Positions 1 to 13,525 of a stretch of 64,000 nucleotides of DNA are shown piece after piece. A program made the position numbers and the translations under genes. The DNA comes from Takakia lepidozioides. Its lineage: Eukaryota; Plantae; Bryophyta. The notes below the pieces were generated by a model. The model worked only from the letters and a program-made list of their open reading frames with translations. It was not told the DNA's origin and made no database searches. The stretch lies in assembly GCA_030704615.1 (NCBI GenBank), contig CM060734.1, positions 1,798,001-1,862,000 of the forward strand, read 5' to 3'. The first letter of the stretch is position 1. Every line of letters starts with the position of its first letter.

Positions 1-161
1 AATATTCTTTTCTATTTTTTGAGGTCGCCATTTGGCGAAAATTCACCAAAAAAAATAACGCTGATATGAAGGCAAGACATCTGAGAGTGATGGATAACTT
101 AGTTGTTTGACACTCATCTGCTGATGATATTGATCGATTGATTGATTGTTTTTTTTTCGTG

Positions 162-162
<1 letters not shown>

Positions 163-192
<30 letters not shown>

Positions 193-3100
193 CTGAACAG
201 GGGACAGAGGCCCTGGCCAAGTTTATTAAAAAGAGGGGAAAACAAGAGAGCGGAGGAAAAAATAATCTCCAGGGAGGCCATAAAGGCGTATCACATGGGG
301 AACACCCAGCACTAATAGGTAGGGGGGGGGACAGCAGGAGCAAGCCAGATCGTGGCTAAACTATGGTGCCTGAGTGATGATGATGAAAGAGCCCAAAGTC
401 TTGAAATGAGCCAAAAGAAGGAGCCCCAAGTCTTAATTGGAACCAAAAGAAGGGGCAGAGGGCTGTAGTATGCTACCAATCCTAGGGGAAGGGTAACAGT
501 ATAACTTGTCCAGAAAACAAAGAGACTATCAACGACCGAAATCTAGATGCACTTTGGATTTAGAACTGTGGGTCTTGTTGTGCTTCCAATTGATGTCTGG
601 TGCGTCCGATTCAGCCGGTGACTTGCCAAGAGATGGGGAGGAGGTCGTGCCATGTAATTCAAGAGTCATCGACTCTGGAGCAGAGGATGTCGTCTTTGGC
701 CCAGGTGGTGTCGAAATCCGCAAGCAGCTGCCGGCTCCTGCCTTCACTGCACCTGCTGATGGCTATTTGCAAGGACACCCAAACCTTACGCTCCTCAGTC
801 ATTAGATCTGAATACAATTTGCAGAGGATCCGTCTGATGCTGGGTCGTTTTCCCTCAAAGATCAAAACACATATGGCCGTCCATATTGCCCATAGCGTGT
901 GTGCTCTAAGACAGGCCCAGATCAGGCATTCGTTCCAAGCAGCGCTTCTATGTAAATTAAGCAACAGGAGAGAAGCTGATAGGGGTGGGACGGCCTGCCA
1001 GTGGGAATAGAAGCCTACCACTATAGTCCAAATCCTAGCAGGAAGGTGGTAGGTGAACAAAACATGCTCCATAGTTTCATTGTAACCACAGTTGCACACC
1101 AAGCAGGCAGGGTTCTGACCCTGAAGGTTGGCTGCCATAGGGAGGATTTTATTGGCTATCTTCCATAAGAAAGCGCTGATTTTGGTAGAACGGTGCCCAA
1201 ATATCTTTCCGAATTTGCTTCCATCCCTTTTCCGGCAAGCTGAGGTTCCATTTTCCATTCCACTTAGCCGTGAAATTAGCGTTGCCCAGCAACAGCTTAT
1301 AGCCAGTCTTGACTTTGTACTCGAGGAGAGGTGTTTTCTTGACGTCCATCCAGGTCCATTCTCCCGGGTCAAGTTGAAGTCTGCTAAGGGGGTAACGCAA
1401 GAACCACGTCAAGGGTGTCCTTTCGGCCCAGCGGAACTCTCCTCCAGGGGGCGGCTTGGGATCTGGTATCCCAGTCAGAGTTTCTAAAACTCTAATTCTA
1501 AAGGCGGAGTCCCGGCACATGTGCCCTTGCCCGATATGCAGTAGGGTCCCTTCAGAGTCGGCAATAAATCTTAGGCCTTCCCAGTGCAATGCAGAGCTGG
1601 AGATAGCTAGTAAGGCAAAGAATCTGCCACCTTCATAGTTGCCGAACCAGCAGGGGAGACTGCTCTGTGAGTTGTCTCCCCTAGTCAGTAAAGGCAGAAC
1701 ATATGACACTCCTTGCTTAATGTGCTCCCATCCGTGTTTGATAGAACTCGCGGAAATGAGCGTGGACAGGATATCGGGCTGCAGAAAGTTTCCATTTTCC
1801 CAGATATCGGCTATGTGTGAGAGTCCTTTGGATTCCCAAGTAGCCCATTTTTTGTGAGGGGGGCATAGTCCAGATTGTTGTTTCCGAACAACGGCTGGCG
1901 AATTGCCTCCTCAAAGCAAAGTGCCCTTCTTTGAAACAGGTGAGGTCTGATCGACAGCCAGGCAGCCCAGATAGACCTCCATGCGGCACTCCCCGTGCAT
2001 CTAGATTTTGCTGATCCATGGGTCAACCACCTCAGAGAAGGAGCCCAAAAGGGGGAGGTAAGAGGAGTAGAATCCACCAAGTGGGCTCTTACCAAGTTGC
2101 ACCAGGGACTGTCACCATGCACAAGAGCTCTTGGTATCCATTTGACAAGGAGGGCTTTAATCTGTAGGGAGGGATCAATGATGCCTAACCCTCCTTCTTT
2201 TTTGGGCCTACAAAGCTACGCCCAGGAGACCAGGGCCCTCTTAGTGGGTGCTTGAGAGTTGAGAACTAAAACTCTGCCAGCCAGGGAGAGCATGGCGGAA
2301 CTCCAAAAGGCCAACTTTTTACGCAGCTTTTGTAGAATTGGCTCATACATTTGATCCTCAGAGAGCCCGATTCCAACTTGGAAACCCAGGAGAGTATGCC
2401 CCATGCCTGGCTGGAGCCACTTGAGACCTAACTCTTGTCCCCAAGGCACTCCATGGTGTCTTGTGGCACTGGGGGGAAGCTCTATAAGGAGACCCACTGA
2501 TTTATTCCAATTCACCTTCAGTCCAGAAGCAGAGCAGAATACCTGCAGAGCTTCAACTGCTCTGATACTATTGGAGGCATCCTCGTTACTCAACAAGAGG
2601 GTAGTGTCGTCCGCATACATAGACAGCTTAACAGGCGGGCCGTGCAGTAATTTCATGCCTACAATATCTTGTCTAGCAGTAAAGTAGTGCCCAAGAGCAT
2701 CTGCTACTATCAAAAAGAGGTATGGGGCCAATGGGCAACCCTGCCTGACGGATCTGTGAAGAGGGAAGGATTTAGATGTGGTACCATTAATCGTCACTTT
2801 GCTAGAGCCAGACGTAAGGAGCAACTTCACCCATCCAGAAAAAGAGGCTGGCAAGCCCATCTTTCCATGACTCTATGCAGGAAGGTCCAATCAATATTAT
2901 CAAACGCTTTCTCAAAGTCTAACATGAGGATAGCCAGGGGCTACTCAGACTCTTGGCTTCATGTAGAACCTCGTTTATAAGAAGCAGGTTGTCGAGAATC
3001 ATTCTACCTTTAAGAAAACCTGTCTGTTCCGGTCTGATGACCCGGGACAGGATAGGCTGAAGTCTCGGGGCCAATGCTTTGGCAATAATTTGGTAGGTGG

Positions 3101-5950
3101 TGTTGAGAAGCGTGATAGGACGGTAGTTGGTTATCAGGCTTCTGTCTCCTTTCTTAAATATTAGCATAATGAGACCTTCAGAGAGCTGAGAGGGCATGAT
3201 GCCCTTGGAGAGGATGTCCTTAGTTAATGCCACGAAATCATCCACTATCGCAGACCATAAGGCTTTGAATAATTCTACTGGCATACCGTCCAATCCTGGC
3301 ATTTTGTCTGCCTTGAGAGATTGCAGGGCCTCTGCTAATTCAGTGTCCTTGAGGGGAGCATCTAGGTCATCTTTTTCTTTTGCAGAGAGGAGAGACGGGA
3401 TATGCATGAGAATAATCTCAGAGGCTCGATCTGCCTTGGCAGAGGGGAGTCTCTTGGAGAAGAGAGCGGCATAATGCTTTTCAGCAATGGTAGCCATTTC
3501 TTTTGGAGAGGAGCAAGAAATCCCTTCTGGATTTTTTAGAGTGGCAATTGTCGAGGCCATTCTTCTTTGTTTGGCCTTAACGAAAAAGTATTTAGACATC
3601 TTCTCCCCTTTAAGGGACCAGTTAATCCCCGCTTTGAGCTTCAAGGCCTTCTCTTTTTCTTGCCTAAAGCTCCAGAGGTTGGTTTTTGCTCTATTGTAGT
3701 TCAACATGGTGCAAGGGCCTTCATCATTGTGCTCCAAAAGTTGCTGGCAGAGGTGAAGGCATTTGAGCAGGGATTTTTCTCTCTGGGTTCTAGCAAGGGC
3801 ATAGGCCCGAGATAGCTCTTGAGACTTAGCCCGGACAGCTTCTAGCTTAGAAAGGAATCTGAGAGTTGGGGACTCATAATCATTACCAGAGGAAGACCAC
3901 TCCTGCACTAGAGCATTAACCATAGCCTGAGATTTAAGGAGAGCAGGGTTTAGCTTAAAACATCTGCGCCCCTTAGACCTTGAGCCTGGGATGACAAAAC
4001 ATGATCTGATCTCAGCATGGTCATAATCTGGCAGTACAGGGCCCAACGGGCACGGCTATGCCCACAGAATTATACCACTGGTGCAGTAGATGCGGTCTAG
4101 CCTAGCCATGACTAGAGATGCGCAGGTTCCTATTCTCAGGAATGGAGATATCAATGAAACCAACAGAAAGACATAGAATTTCCCAGGCATTAAGCTCATC
4201 TGGGGTGAGGGAGAAAGAGCCAGGATCTAGCCTATCTTGTGTTCTATCCGTCATATTGAAATCCCCTGCTAAAATCCATTGATCTACATCAGATCGTTGA
4301 AGAATCTTTGAATGCAAAAACTTCCAGAAGGAAATTCTTTCAGCAACAGAATTAGGAGCATAAACATTAATAAAGCCAATTTTGCACCCTGGGGTAGGCA
4401 AAGAAAGGATGCCAAATTGTGCCCTGCCGACCATCCAAGTGCACACTTCCGAGACCTGACTGGCAAGGGTAGGAGAGACCAAAACTGTCGTGCCCCCTCT
4501 GGAATCCATTACAGTTCTGTTCCACCAAGCCACATTAGCAGGCCAGAGCAGTTGTCCAAGGGATGCAATTTTGGAGTCATTTAGTTTGTGCTCCTGTAAG
4601 AAGATGATAGAGTTATCCGATAACAAAGAGGCAGCCCATCTTTTAAGTCTAGATCTCTTAGGGGCAGTAGCATCTGATCCTATGCCCCTAATATTCCAAG
4701 ACTTAATGTTAAAGGACATCAAAGTGGGGGTGAGGGCCCGAGAGAACCTCTCAAAATGATGGCCCAGGAGAAGAGTGGAGAGTGATAGGTCCCCTATCTC
4801 GGGGAGAGGAGGAGAGGGTCCAACTTATTCCATTGGGGGGAGGTGCGGTTGAGAAGGTAGTAAGCTGGGAGGGAGTTATGCTGGTCTGGTGGACTTTATT
4901 GTTACGCAACCAAGCATGCAAGGGACACAATAATCTGCGACTAAGCCAAAAAAATAGACAGATCTGAGAAGGATGTAGATTATCTTTCTGTAGGCAAGGA
5001 AGAACAAAGTGTGGCATAGCCAGAGCAGGTTTAAAAGAGGGGGCTGGAGGGGGTTTGCCCAGAGGGATCCAACAACTTGAAACATGCCACCTACAGGGTA
5101 TGGGCAGGCATAGGGATGGAGCGATGGGGAGGCTTGCAGAGTAAGCAAGGCTTACCAGAGAATGCAGACTTGTGAAGGTTGTGGGCGAGGGAGCAGAGGG
5201 GGACCCGAGAGGAGCCTTCTTTCCCGTGCTAGTGTATGGCTGAAAGCCAACTTCCATGGACTTGCGAGCAGTTGATGATGGTGCAGTCGACGCCCCAGAG
5301 CCGAAGATGGCGTTGACAAGGGTGAAGCCTGCTCGCAGGACCTTGACGCTTCTGGCAAAACCTCCTGCTCACGGGAAGACCCCAGAGGGAGCATCCTTTC
5401 TATTGGGGCGAGACCCCCCGGAGATCTTCTCAGCAGCGGCAGAGCGATTAGAAGGGAGTGTGGCGTTGAGAAAAGGTGGCAGGACTGCAGTCCTGGAGGG
5501 CGACGCAGAATAATGAGCCGCCAAGAGTTGGAGCGGGGAGGGAGGAGGGACGGGGATCAAGCATGCAGATTTAATTAGGATATGCATGCAGAGGGCCAGC
5601 AAAGCGTGGTTAGGCCGCTTGATGATTACTTAGAAAGCACAATGGCACGATTAAGACTTAGGTTAGGGGAGATAGGGTTAGAGAGCCCGGAGTTCGCTCA
5701 GACCTAGCCTCCAAGACTTATTCAGCACACTGGCTGGGAAGGAGATAGGCAGCACTCCGGCTGGAGAGGAGATGTTGTGTGAGGAAGAAGTACAACAAGA
5801 AGGGGAGAGGGGGCAGTCGAGGGAAGGGCTAGGTCGACGCGAGCCTGGAGAGGGCAGAAAAAAATCTGAGTCCCTGGCTCGTCTCTCACCACAAAACGCG
5901 GAGCGCCTTCCATCTCCCCCCCCCCCGCGTCTTCCCCGTTTCTTTCTTTC
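163..5950 (-). mobile_element. L1/Tx1-clade LINE, near full length, frameshifted
   Basis: APE endonuclease motifs (SWNIRG, IFLQEHK, NVYAPN, ILAGDFN; 4102-4722), RT motifs (KMPGLDG, YRPITLLN, RQGCPLAPYLF, YADD; 2216-4046), C-terminal zf-RVT-like CLVC..ETMEH (659-1372), poly(T) on the + strand at ~163-192 as the poly(A) tail. 5' boundary approximate; no recognisable ORF1. Confidence 0.92.
659..4722 (-). pseudogene. LINE ORF2 (APE endonuclease - RT - zf-RVT), broken by frameshifts and stops
   Basis: Collinear ORF pieces 4102-4722, 2919-4046, 2216-2860, 1811-2122 and 659-1372 carry canonical L1 ORF2 motifs in the expected order. Confidence 0.9.
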
Positions 5951-6849
5951 TTAATTCCTCATGCATCGTTTCGACACCATTCTTTTTTTTTTCTTTTTTT
6001 TCTTTTGGGTATTGGTTCTTTTAGGACAATGATTTGATCAGGCTTTCAAAGTCCTAATCACTAATCATCTCTAGATGCGGATTGATCCCCCTTTGCTAGT
6101 GATCTCCCAAACAGTGATCCATTTTGTCCTCCATGTTAGTTTCTTAGGCATTAATGATTCCCTTAGACATGTTGAGATCATGTGTAGGGTGGGGATCGAT
6201 GCAAAAGGATTGGTGTCGAGTGTTGACCAAGGGGACCAATTCAAGGGTAAGTGGCCGGCTTAATACACTACCGCAAAGAATAGTTTTTTCTTTTTTTTAA
6301 TAAAAGGGGACGGAGGTATCCGGTGAGCACAACATGAGCATGGCGTGAGCAAACCCGCGGTCATAGGGGTTAAATGTTTTCAAACTGCGGTCATAGGAAT
6401 TACATGTTAACAGGCACGGTGCATATGAGTACCTTTAAATTTAATTTCTCAATACGAAATTAATTTTTCTAGGGCTTAGACTGCCGATACCCGGACTGAA
6501 AACCACGATTTTTGTTTTGCTGGGATTGATCTGCAATCAATAGTCTTTATAACACCCACAGGGGCAATGAGGACCCATGGGAGACTTTACACCGTTCGCA
6601 GGAAGCTCAAAAGCTTAAAAAAAGCAGGAAACAAGAAAGTCGGGGGGCCTCTACAAGCAGCCCAAAAACCATTGTTCGAAATCGGGAGTTTCAGAAAGGT
6701 TGAGAGGAGATAGAATTGGAGGAGGAGCAATTGTGTGAATTTCATGCTGGTATGATATGTTTTCTGTTCTTATTACGTCTTACATGTAGCCCCTATACGA
6801 GGAGGAAAAGACTCACTGCATGCAATGTGCCATCTGTGTGGTCACCAGC

Positions 6850-6984
6850 ACTCTTGAAGACGTGGATCCATTAAAACCATGGCAACTGAGTGTGACTGCT
6901 GGTCTTGCTGTGTCTGGAGCTGCAGTTGCATCTCATACACTCGACACTGCTATCACTAGGACTCAAGCTACTGTCTTTCCTCAG
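6850..6984 (+). pseudogene. Possible isolated exon of a mitochondrial substrate carrier family gene
   Basis: PWQLSVTAGLAVSGAAVASHTLDTAITRTQATVFPQ resembles a degenerate carrier repeat (AG..A....HPxDTxKTRxQ) and ends at a CAG|GTAACA donor; no flanking exons recognised. Confidence 0.35.
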
Positions 6985-7955
6985 GTAACACCCGTACACG
7001 TACATTTATATCTTACATCCTCTCAAATCGAACATAATCTTTGATGGTTGTTCTTGCTGATCAGCTCCATCCTTTGAAGATTGGTATCAGTTTATCAAGG
7101 GCCTAGGTTGTTTAGCATACATGAGATTGCATGGAGCTGCCATGTAGATGACCTGATTATCGCTAGTATATCTCTTCTCCTCACAACTTACTTGAAGTCA
7201 CAAGTGGTTTTACTTTCTCACAGCCAGGGTTGCTTATATCACAACTGTATTGTCTCACATTTCAACTTCTTCACCGTTCTTCCATTGTACAAATGATTAA
7301 TTTGAACCTTGTAGCCCGTCCTGTCTCCTGTGTGATGATTTACTTGTAATCTCTCATTCAGCGGTTTCACAGAAGAGAGAATCCGCAATTCAAATGAAGA
7401 AAGGATCTGCTGCCTCCAATGGAAAACAACTTTTCTGGAAGGTTCAAATAACAGTCAACCATGCAGTTTTGGCTTGACGTCTTGAGTTTTAGCTATTACT
7501 TTCCAAAATGCACTTGGATAAAGTTCAGCCCTAAGGATTCAATGGCATCTGCAGCACCTCTCCAATTGCAATTATTTTTCTTCATGTCATGAGCAAAATC
7601 ACAACAAGGTGATGTTGTGCCAGCCAAACCCGAACAGTCAATGGTTACAACTGTCAGCACATATATGGTCATGGTGATAACAGTGAAAGTTCACTAAGGA
7701 AGTCCCTAAATTTGTAGATATGCATTTGCACATAGTTCTCTAGGGTACAATGAGAGGCTCATGGAGCCATGTCATATATACTCCAGGCCACCCTCAAGAC
7801 CTTCACATGAGAGAAATGTGAGGGGTATCTTTCTTGATTGTGGCATCATATCCAATAGATACATCTGCAAAAAATAAAATTGGTTCCTCTTCAGTGTAGC
7901 CTTGCTGAGTAAACAGGCACCAGCTCTGCATACTCTGAATCAGGAGGCATACAAA

Positions 7956-7958
<3 letters not shown>

Positions 7959-7990
<32 letters not shown>
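7959..7990. repeat. (CT)n microsatellite
   Basis: Perfect CT dinucleotide run. Confidence 0.95.
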
Positions 7991-7993
<3 letters not shown>

Positions 7994-9153
7994 CCCTCAT
8001 ATTATCTGTTTTCACAACTGAACCTCATGCAATCAAATTCACTGAGTGCCTCTCTTGGTTTTACTTCTCAAGATCTAGCATAATGCAAGGCAGTTCATGT
8101 TACCATTAGTTCATGCCAGTCAGTGTTGCAGTCCATCTCTGGGTTTTGCTTATCATAGGTTCAAAATGATGCAAGGATACAACATCTGGTTTTCATTTGC
8201 ACACACAATGCCCCTTGATTTAATTTACTACCACCCCATGCAATCAGCCTACAAAAAGTTTCTTGTTAATCATTTGTCATTCAGATCTCTGCTACACACA
8301 GAATGCAACAGTACTCTTTCACACTACCTCCCTTCCTTATGCAAACTTCATCACCGGAGACAGGTTAATATACATCAACAAGCATGCAGCCCTTCAGACA
8401 TGAATTCATCAGACATGTGTCCCTTGGTGAGTATAATGGCGGGGAGGAGCCCCGCAGGCTCTGCTGGTGGGGAGCGTTGTGAAGCATGAAGGCTTGTGCA
8501 TAGTCGAAGTTGGGTTGAGCCGAGTGAGGTTCAGAGCACTCAAAAAACACTGTAAAAACTTCGAAAGGGACGCTTTGTCGTAGGAGATCGTATTGCCCAA
8601 CAATATCGACTCAAAAAACATCAAAACAGAGCTTAAAAGATGCGTTATGGAACAACTGTAAATGGTATTGCTAGAGTGATAGGTGAAATGGCGAGAACTC
8701 CTCATGAAGGTGCTGTGAGCAAGAGCAGAAGCCATGGCGGCGGACATGGCTGAATGTAGAGGTTCGGGTAAATAGCGGCACGGCTAAACCAGAGAACTGA
8801 GAAGACGAGAGAACTTAAAAATATGGCGGAACCCTAGGAGAATAGTTATAGCTTAAAGCTTTGCTAAGACATAGCCAAGATCATGGTGGGAGGGCGGAGC
8901 GCCGCTTTGCCCCCACTTTCCAGGGAAAAGCTGAATGGAAAAACCAGAAACATTGAAACATTGAAACATTCGAACATACAAACAGTGACACAATACACGG
9001 CCGGTTTTGTTGAAATGACATCTGTGAGGTTCGAGTGTATGCAATTTATTATTTACAACGGAACTTTATTTACTCGGGGGACCGGTACTGCTGCTGGAGC
9101 GCAACTGATGGTGCGAGTTCTCTATTGATTGGAGCTATCACAACCAATGTCAA

Positions 9154-9496
9154 CAATCATATTTACGGTAAGGTGTTTGATGCTATTGTTGTTCCTCTAG
9201 CTGAATTCTGTAATACTCTTTTTGCTATTCCTATGCCAACAATATCGGGTCCTCTAAGACTGTCATGTTCAAACGAACGTATCAGCCACCCCGGCCAGCT
9301 TGCAGCCACGACACCATCACTTGCATGAATTGGAGATTTGGTGCTCAGTTCCTGGTTTCATGTCCATGGTGGCTGATACGGAATATGGCAGTCCCAGTGG
9401 ACCTGATGTTGTTGGCATGGGAGTAGCAAAACGATTCCTAAAGAAATCAGCTACATGAACATCGGCAGTATGAAACACCTTGCAGTACATATGATT
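9154..9496. repeat. Diverged ~115-bp inverted repeat pair
   Basis: 9154-9270 and 9380-9496 are diverged reverse complements; the ORF track shows parallel translations NHIYGKVF..PMPTISGPL (+) and NHMYCKVF..PMPTTSGPL (-). Confidence 0.75.
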
Positions 9497-9689
9497 CTTG
9501 AGATTGTTTGCACGGATTATTTGTGTTTGTGCCTTCAAGTGACGAACATTTCCGCCATAGTGCGGAAGAGGTGCATTGGCTACATTAAACGGTTGATGTG
9601 ATACCATTTCACAAATGTATCACATCGCATTTCTGAAAATGTATCACATGAACCGTTCCATGTGGCCTATGGAAGTCTTCGACTAGTAC

Positions 9690-10735
9690 GAGATCAATGT
9701 GGCCTACGGGGAGGCATGATTGGCAGACGATGACGCGTTACCTTCAGCCTCCCACCAACAAACATGACATCATTTCAGAAACGCTTCAAGTGACGAACGA
9801 AATGGTTCATCTGACATCATCCAAATGCTGAACATGGTGAGGTCTTCTGTAATGTGTTTTACTTCGTAATGCGGTGCTTCTCTAGCTTTTCTTTTTCCAA
9901 TTTGATGAAATTCTCGATCTGGAAGACATCCAGACGTGTATAGAAATAATAATAATAATAATAATAATAAACCCATGAAAATGAGAAGTTGCGGTCCGGG
10001 AATGAGGCTTTAAATTTTGATGGTTTTTTTGGTTTTTTTTAGGATTTCTGCACACCTGTGGATCTCTTCCAGATCGAGAATGGCACCAAAAAGAGGACAT
10101 AGAGAAGCACCGCATTACGAAGCAGGAGACACTACAAAAAGAGCTTCAAAAAGCAGGGCACCCATGAAGGTGCTTAATCAATGGGCAATCGAATCATTCA
10201 CCTCCTTCTCAAATGGTTGACGATCCAAATGGTTTTTGTTTGCTTCAACTTAACCACTGCGTTCAACATACCATGCAACAGGTCCTGGTACATCAATGTG
10301 GCCTAGGGGGAGACATGGTTGGGAGACGAGGACGCGTTAGCTTCCACCAACAAACATGTGATCATTTCAGAAGCGCTTGAAGTGACGATGGGCAAGGTTC
10401 TTCATCCAAATGTTCAACATGTTGAGGTCTTCTGTAATGTCTCTTGCTTCGTAATGAGGTGCTTCTCCAACTCTTATTTTTTCAATGTTGATATTCTCCA
10501 TCTAGAACATATCCACACATGCATATATAAATACTTAAAAAAACAAACGACGATCAAAACTGGAAGCTGGGGATGAGGCTTATAAAAGTTGCGATGGTCA
10601 TTTGGTTACTTAAGGATTTCTGTACACATGTGTGGATCTGTTCCAGGTGGAGAACATCGACATATTGGATAAAGTGGACATGAAGAAGCACCGCATTACA
10701 AAGCAGGAGACACTAAAAAAAGAGCTTCAAATGAC
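9690..10735. repeat. Tandemly duplicated (~600-bp period) foldback unit
   Basis: Units start ATCAATGTGGCCTA at ~9693 and ~10291; each has internal inverted arms, e.g. CTTCGTAATGCGGTGCTTCTCTA / TAGAGAAGCACCGCATTACGAAG. Confidence 0.8.
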
Positions 10736-11150
10736 ATACCATGTAACAGGTCTCGGTCTAATATGAGACGAAACGAAATTCATTCAATGGGCGATCGAAT
10801 GGTTGCCCATCCAAATGATTTTCGTTTGCTTTCAATCTTTGTCACTATGTTCAACATACCATGTATTATGTCTCCGACTAATATGAGATCAATCAAAATT
10901 CATTCGATGGCTGAACGGATGGTTGCCCATCAAAATGATTTTGGTTCCCTTTGAGACTTGGCCAGTATGTTCAATGTACAATCTAAGAGGTCCCAGAGTA
11001 ATATGAGATGAAACAAAATTCGTTCAATGGGCCAACGGATGGTTGCCCATCCAAATGATTTTGCCACTGATTTTGCCAGCATGTTCAACGTACCATCTCA
11101 CAGGTCCCAGAGCAATATGAGATCAATCAAAATTCGTTCAATGGGCCAAT
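10735..11150. repeat. ~120-bp tandem satellite, left block
   Basis: About 3.5 copies of ...AATATGAGA..AAATTC.TTCAATGGGC.AACGGATGGTTGCCCATC.AAATGATTTT...; same family recurs at 23350-23760. Confidence 0.85.
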
Positions 11151-11310
11151 GAGGCGTTCACCTGTCATCCAGTTTTTGTTCATTGCGAAAAAAAAATCCT
11201 GCAATGCGTGCACGGCTATTGCACCCATTGAACGGATGTGGTTAAAGCCTATCTTTAGCATGTGCTTGAACATGTGTGCGACACATGTGCAGAGACACAA
11301 CAGAAGACAA

Positions 11311-11642
11311 TGTCAAGTTAAATAAGCACAGTGTGAAAACAACTAGAATAAAGCTAGTTATTTGTATTTAACACTTGGATTTAGGTCAAGTGTTAAATCA
11401 GGTGTCAAGTTTAGTTTGACACCTGAACCGCCTTATCTTCACGAGAGCGGCAGTCGCGCAGCTCATCTCTCTCGAGTTGAGCCTGCGCGACCGAGCTCTT
11501 GCATCGTTGAGGACTGAGTGTGCTTATGATGGGAGTATAGGTTGTTGTGGGGTGGAGTCCCCATAGCTTGGGGTGCCCCTGGCTCGACTTCTATTTTAAA
11601 GAATGATAGCGATGGATTTCATATTTCTTGTGTTGAGAGTGT
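11311..11642 (+). repeat. Repeat A1 (5' terminal repeat of copy 1; its 3' end and primer site are missing)
   Basis: Highly similar to 22457-22795 and 59436-59765; similarity stops at ~11642. Confidence 0.92.
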
Positions 11643-13525
11643 GAGAACCAGGAGCTGGTAGGAGCTGACGGGCATCTCTGCTGCATGGTTTTGGAGATTG
11701 ACGAGCATGCAAGCTGCTCATGTGTAACCCTTTGATCAGGTATTGGACCAAAACTTGCGATGGACTGAGTGCCCACCCTAGATGGCCTGTTTGGCATCCA
11801 TAATTGTTTCCCCTGCGAGATATGAAGCCAATGTTGTAGGGGCTTACTGGCATGACCAAATCGTGGATCGACAAAAGGGCTCGGAAATCAGCTGCATGAA
11901 CTAAGAATTCACCGCTACTTGACTACGCTTTCTGTTCACGATACCAGTGCCTTATGCAATGAGATCCGGTTTACTGGAGGACAAGGGGATTGCTACTGTC
12001 TGTCCTACACAGTAAGCAGCCATTGTGTTTGTAAGAGCATGACACTAGAAAATGGTTGTGGATGAAAGATGTTTGGTATTCACCTCCAATCTGAGGTGAG
12101 TCCTTCCACAAATTCATGACCTGCATGGGAAGGTCTTTGTGATGTGGGGCGAGCTGGGCCTCCTGGTACAAATGGGTCTTTTTGTTGCTGGAAAGGAAGC
12201 ATGCAGTCGCTGTCTGGGCACTCCGACGAAAGACCCAGTGACTGCTCAACCTTAACAAGACCCAATCCTTCAAAAAGCACTAGCTCCACAATTGGGTGGG
12301 CAGCTGGTTGATGAGATGAGAAGTAGCAATGTTCTCCTCATACTCGGTACACTGCAGCCTGCGCGCATGGAGACGAACTCCGTAACCGCGTCCTGTGCTC
12401 CCATTTGTCAGGGAGGGAAGCTGAGTGCATGGCATTAGGGTGTGCAGTGGAAGGGGTAGATCGATCGCACCGAGCATGGTCTGTGGTTCGCAGAGTGGGA
12501 GAGACAATGTGTGGTGTGGTAGAAGAGAGAGTAATGGTGGTCTGCCCAGATTCCTGTTGGCATTGGTGAGGTGTGCTTCCACTGTAAGGGCGCCGCTCGC
12601 CTGCGGAGGATATGCCGATGGTAGCTGGTGGTGGTGTGATGTCAGGGCCCCCATAGAGCCCGCTGCGGTGAATGGGAGCAGCGAATGGGGCAGCAGTGAA
12701 TGGGAGTTCAAGTAGAGCCAGCGGCTGGAGAGCATGAGAGTGGGAGACTGTGGACTCACCAAGTGACACTTGGTGTATGAGCGGGATATGAGCTGAAGGG
12801 GCCCAGCTCACTACACGACCTGCTCGGTCTATGTTTACAATCCAGAACTTGAGGGCAGCCTGTGCCAACTCCATGTAAAGGCTTACACAATCAGTGATAG
12901 CAGATCTGTTGTTGCCACCTTGAAAAATCAGCACGCATGAAGGGCTGTAAGCGTTCTTGATCAAGCTAGTTAGCTCTGGTGCTTTCCGGGGTTGCATTGT
13001 AAGTGCTCCTGCTTTTGTTGGGAATATTGGTGCAAAGGATTAAGGCTCGGCATAGCTACGGATCTCGACTGGAGGAGAGCAGGTCACTGGTAACCAAGAG
13101 CTGTGGGGGGTGCATTTGTAAACACAACTGAAATCCTAGGAATTATAGGGCACGTGGCCAGGGAACCTAGGAAACCATATAGAACTTAGGGAACCGGGAA
13201 CCAGTTACCAGATATTTTGGGTGTAACTTTAAATTTTTTAATTTGAAAACCTTTTTAAAAAAAAAACCCCCTTTTGATCTAATTTAAATGATTTAAAGCC
13301 AAATCGGTCATATCTTTGTCAAATTGACTCTGTTTGACTCAGTTCTTGAGGGGATAGCTGCAGAAAGGGGATATCTATCTATCTAGACCTGGTTTTTGTT
13401 TTTGGGACTCTGCTAGAAATCTATGGAATTTTTAGAGTGTGAGTGTGCCATGAAAGATCCACAATCCTGTTTCTAGAACCTGTTCTGGTCTACATGAGAG
13501 ATAAATCTGGGGATGTACTCCTTGT

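Noticed and set aside
6266-6285. CACTACCGCAAAG as a CACTA transposon terminus
   Set aside because: No matching inverted terminus or transposase seen in the window.
8409-8747. Ser/Ala-rich ORF resembling a transit peptide
   Set aside because: No downstream exons with a recognisable product could be linked.
11311-11642. Hammerhead ribozyme in repeat A
   Set aside because: No CUGANGA/GAAA core conserved in both subfamilies.
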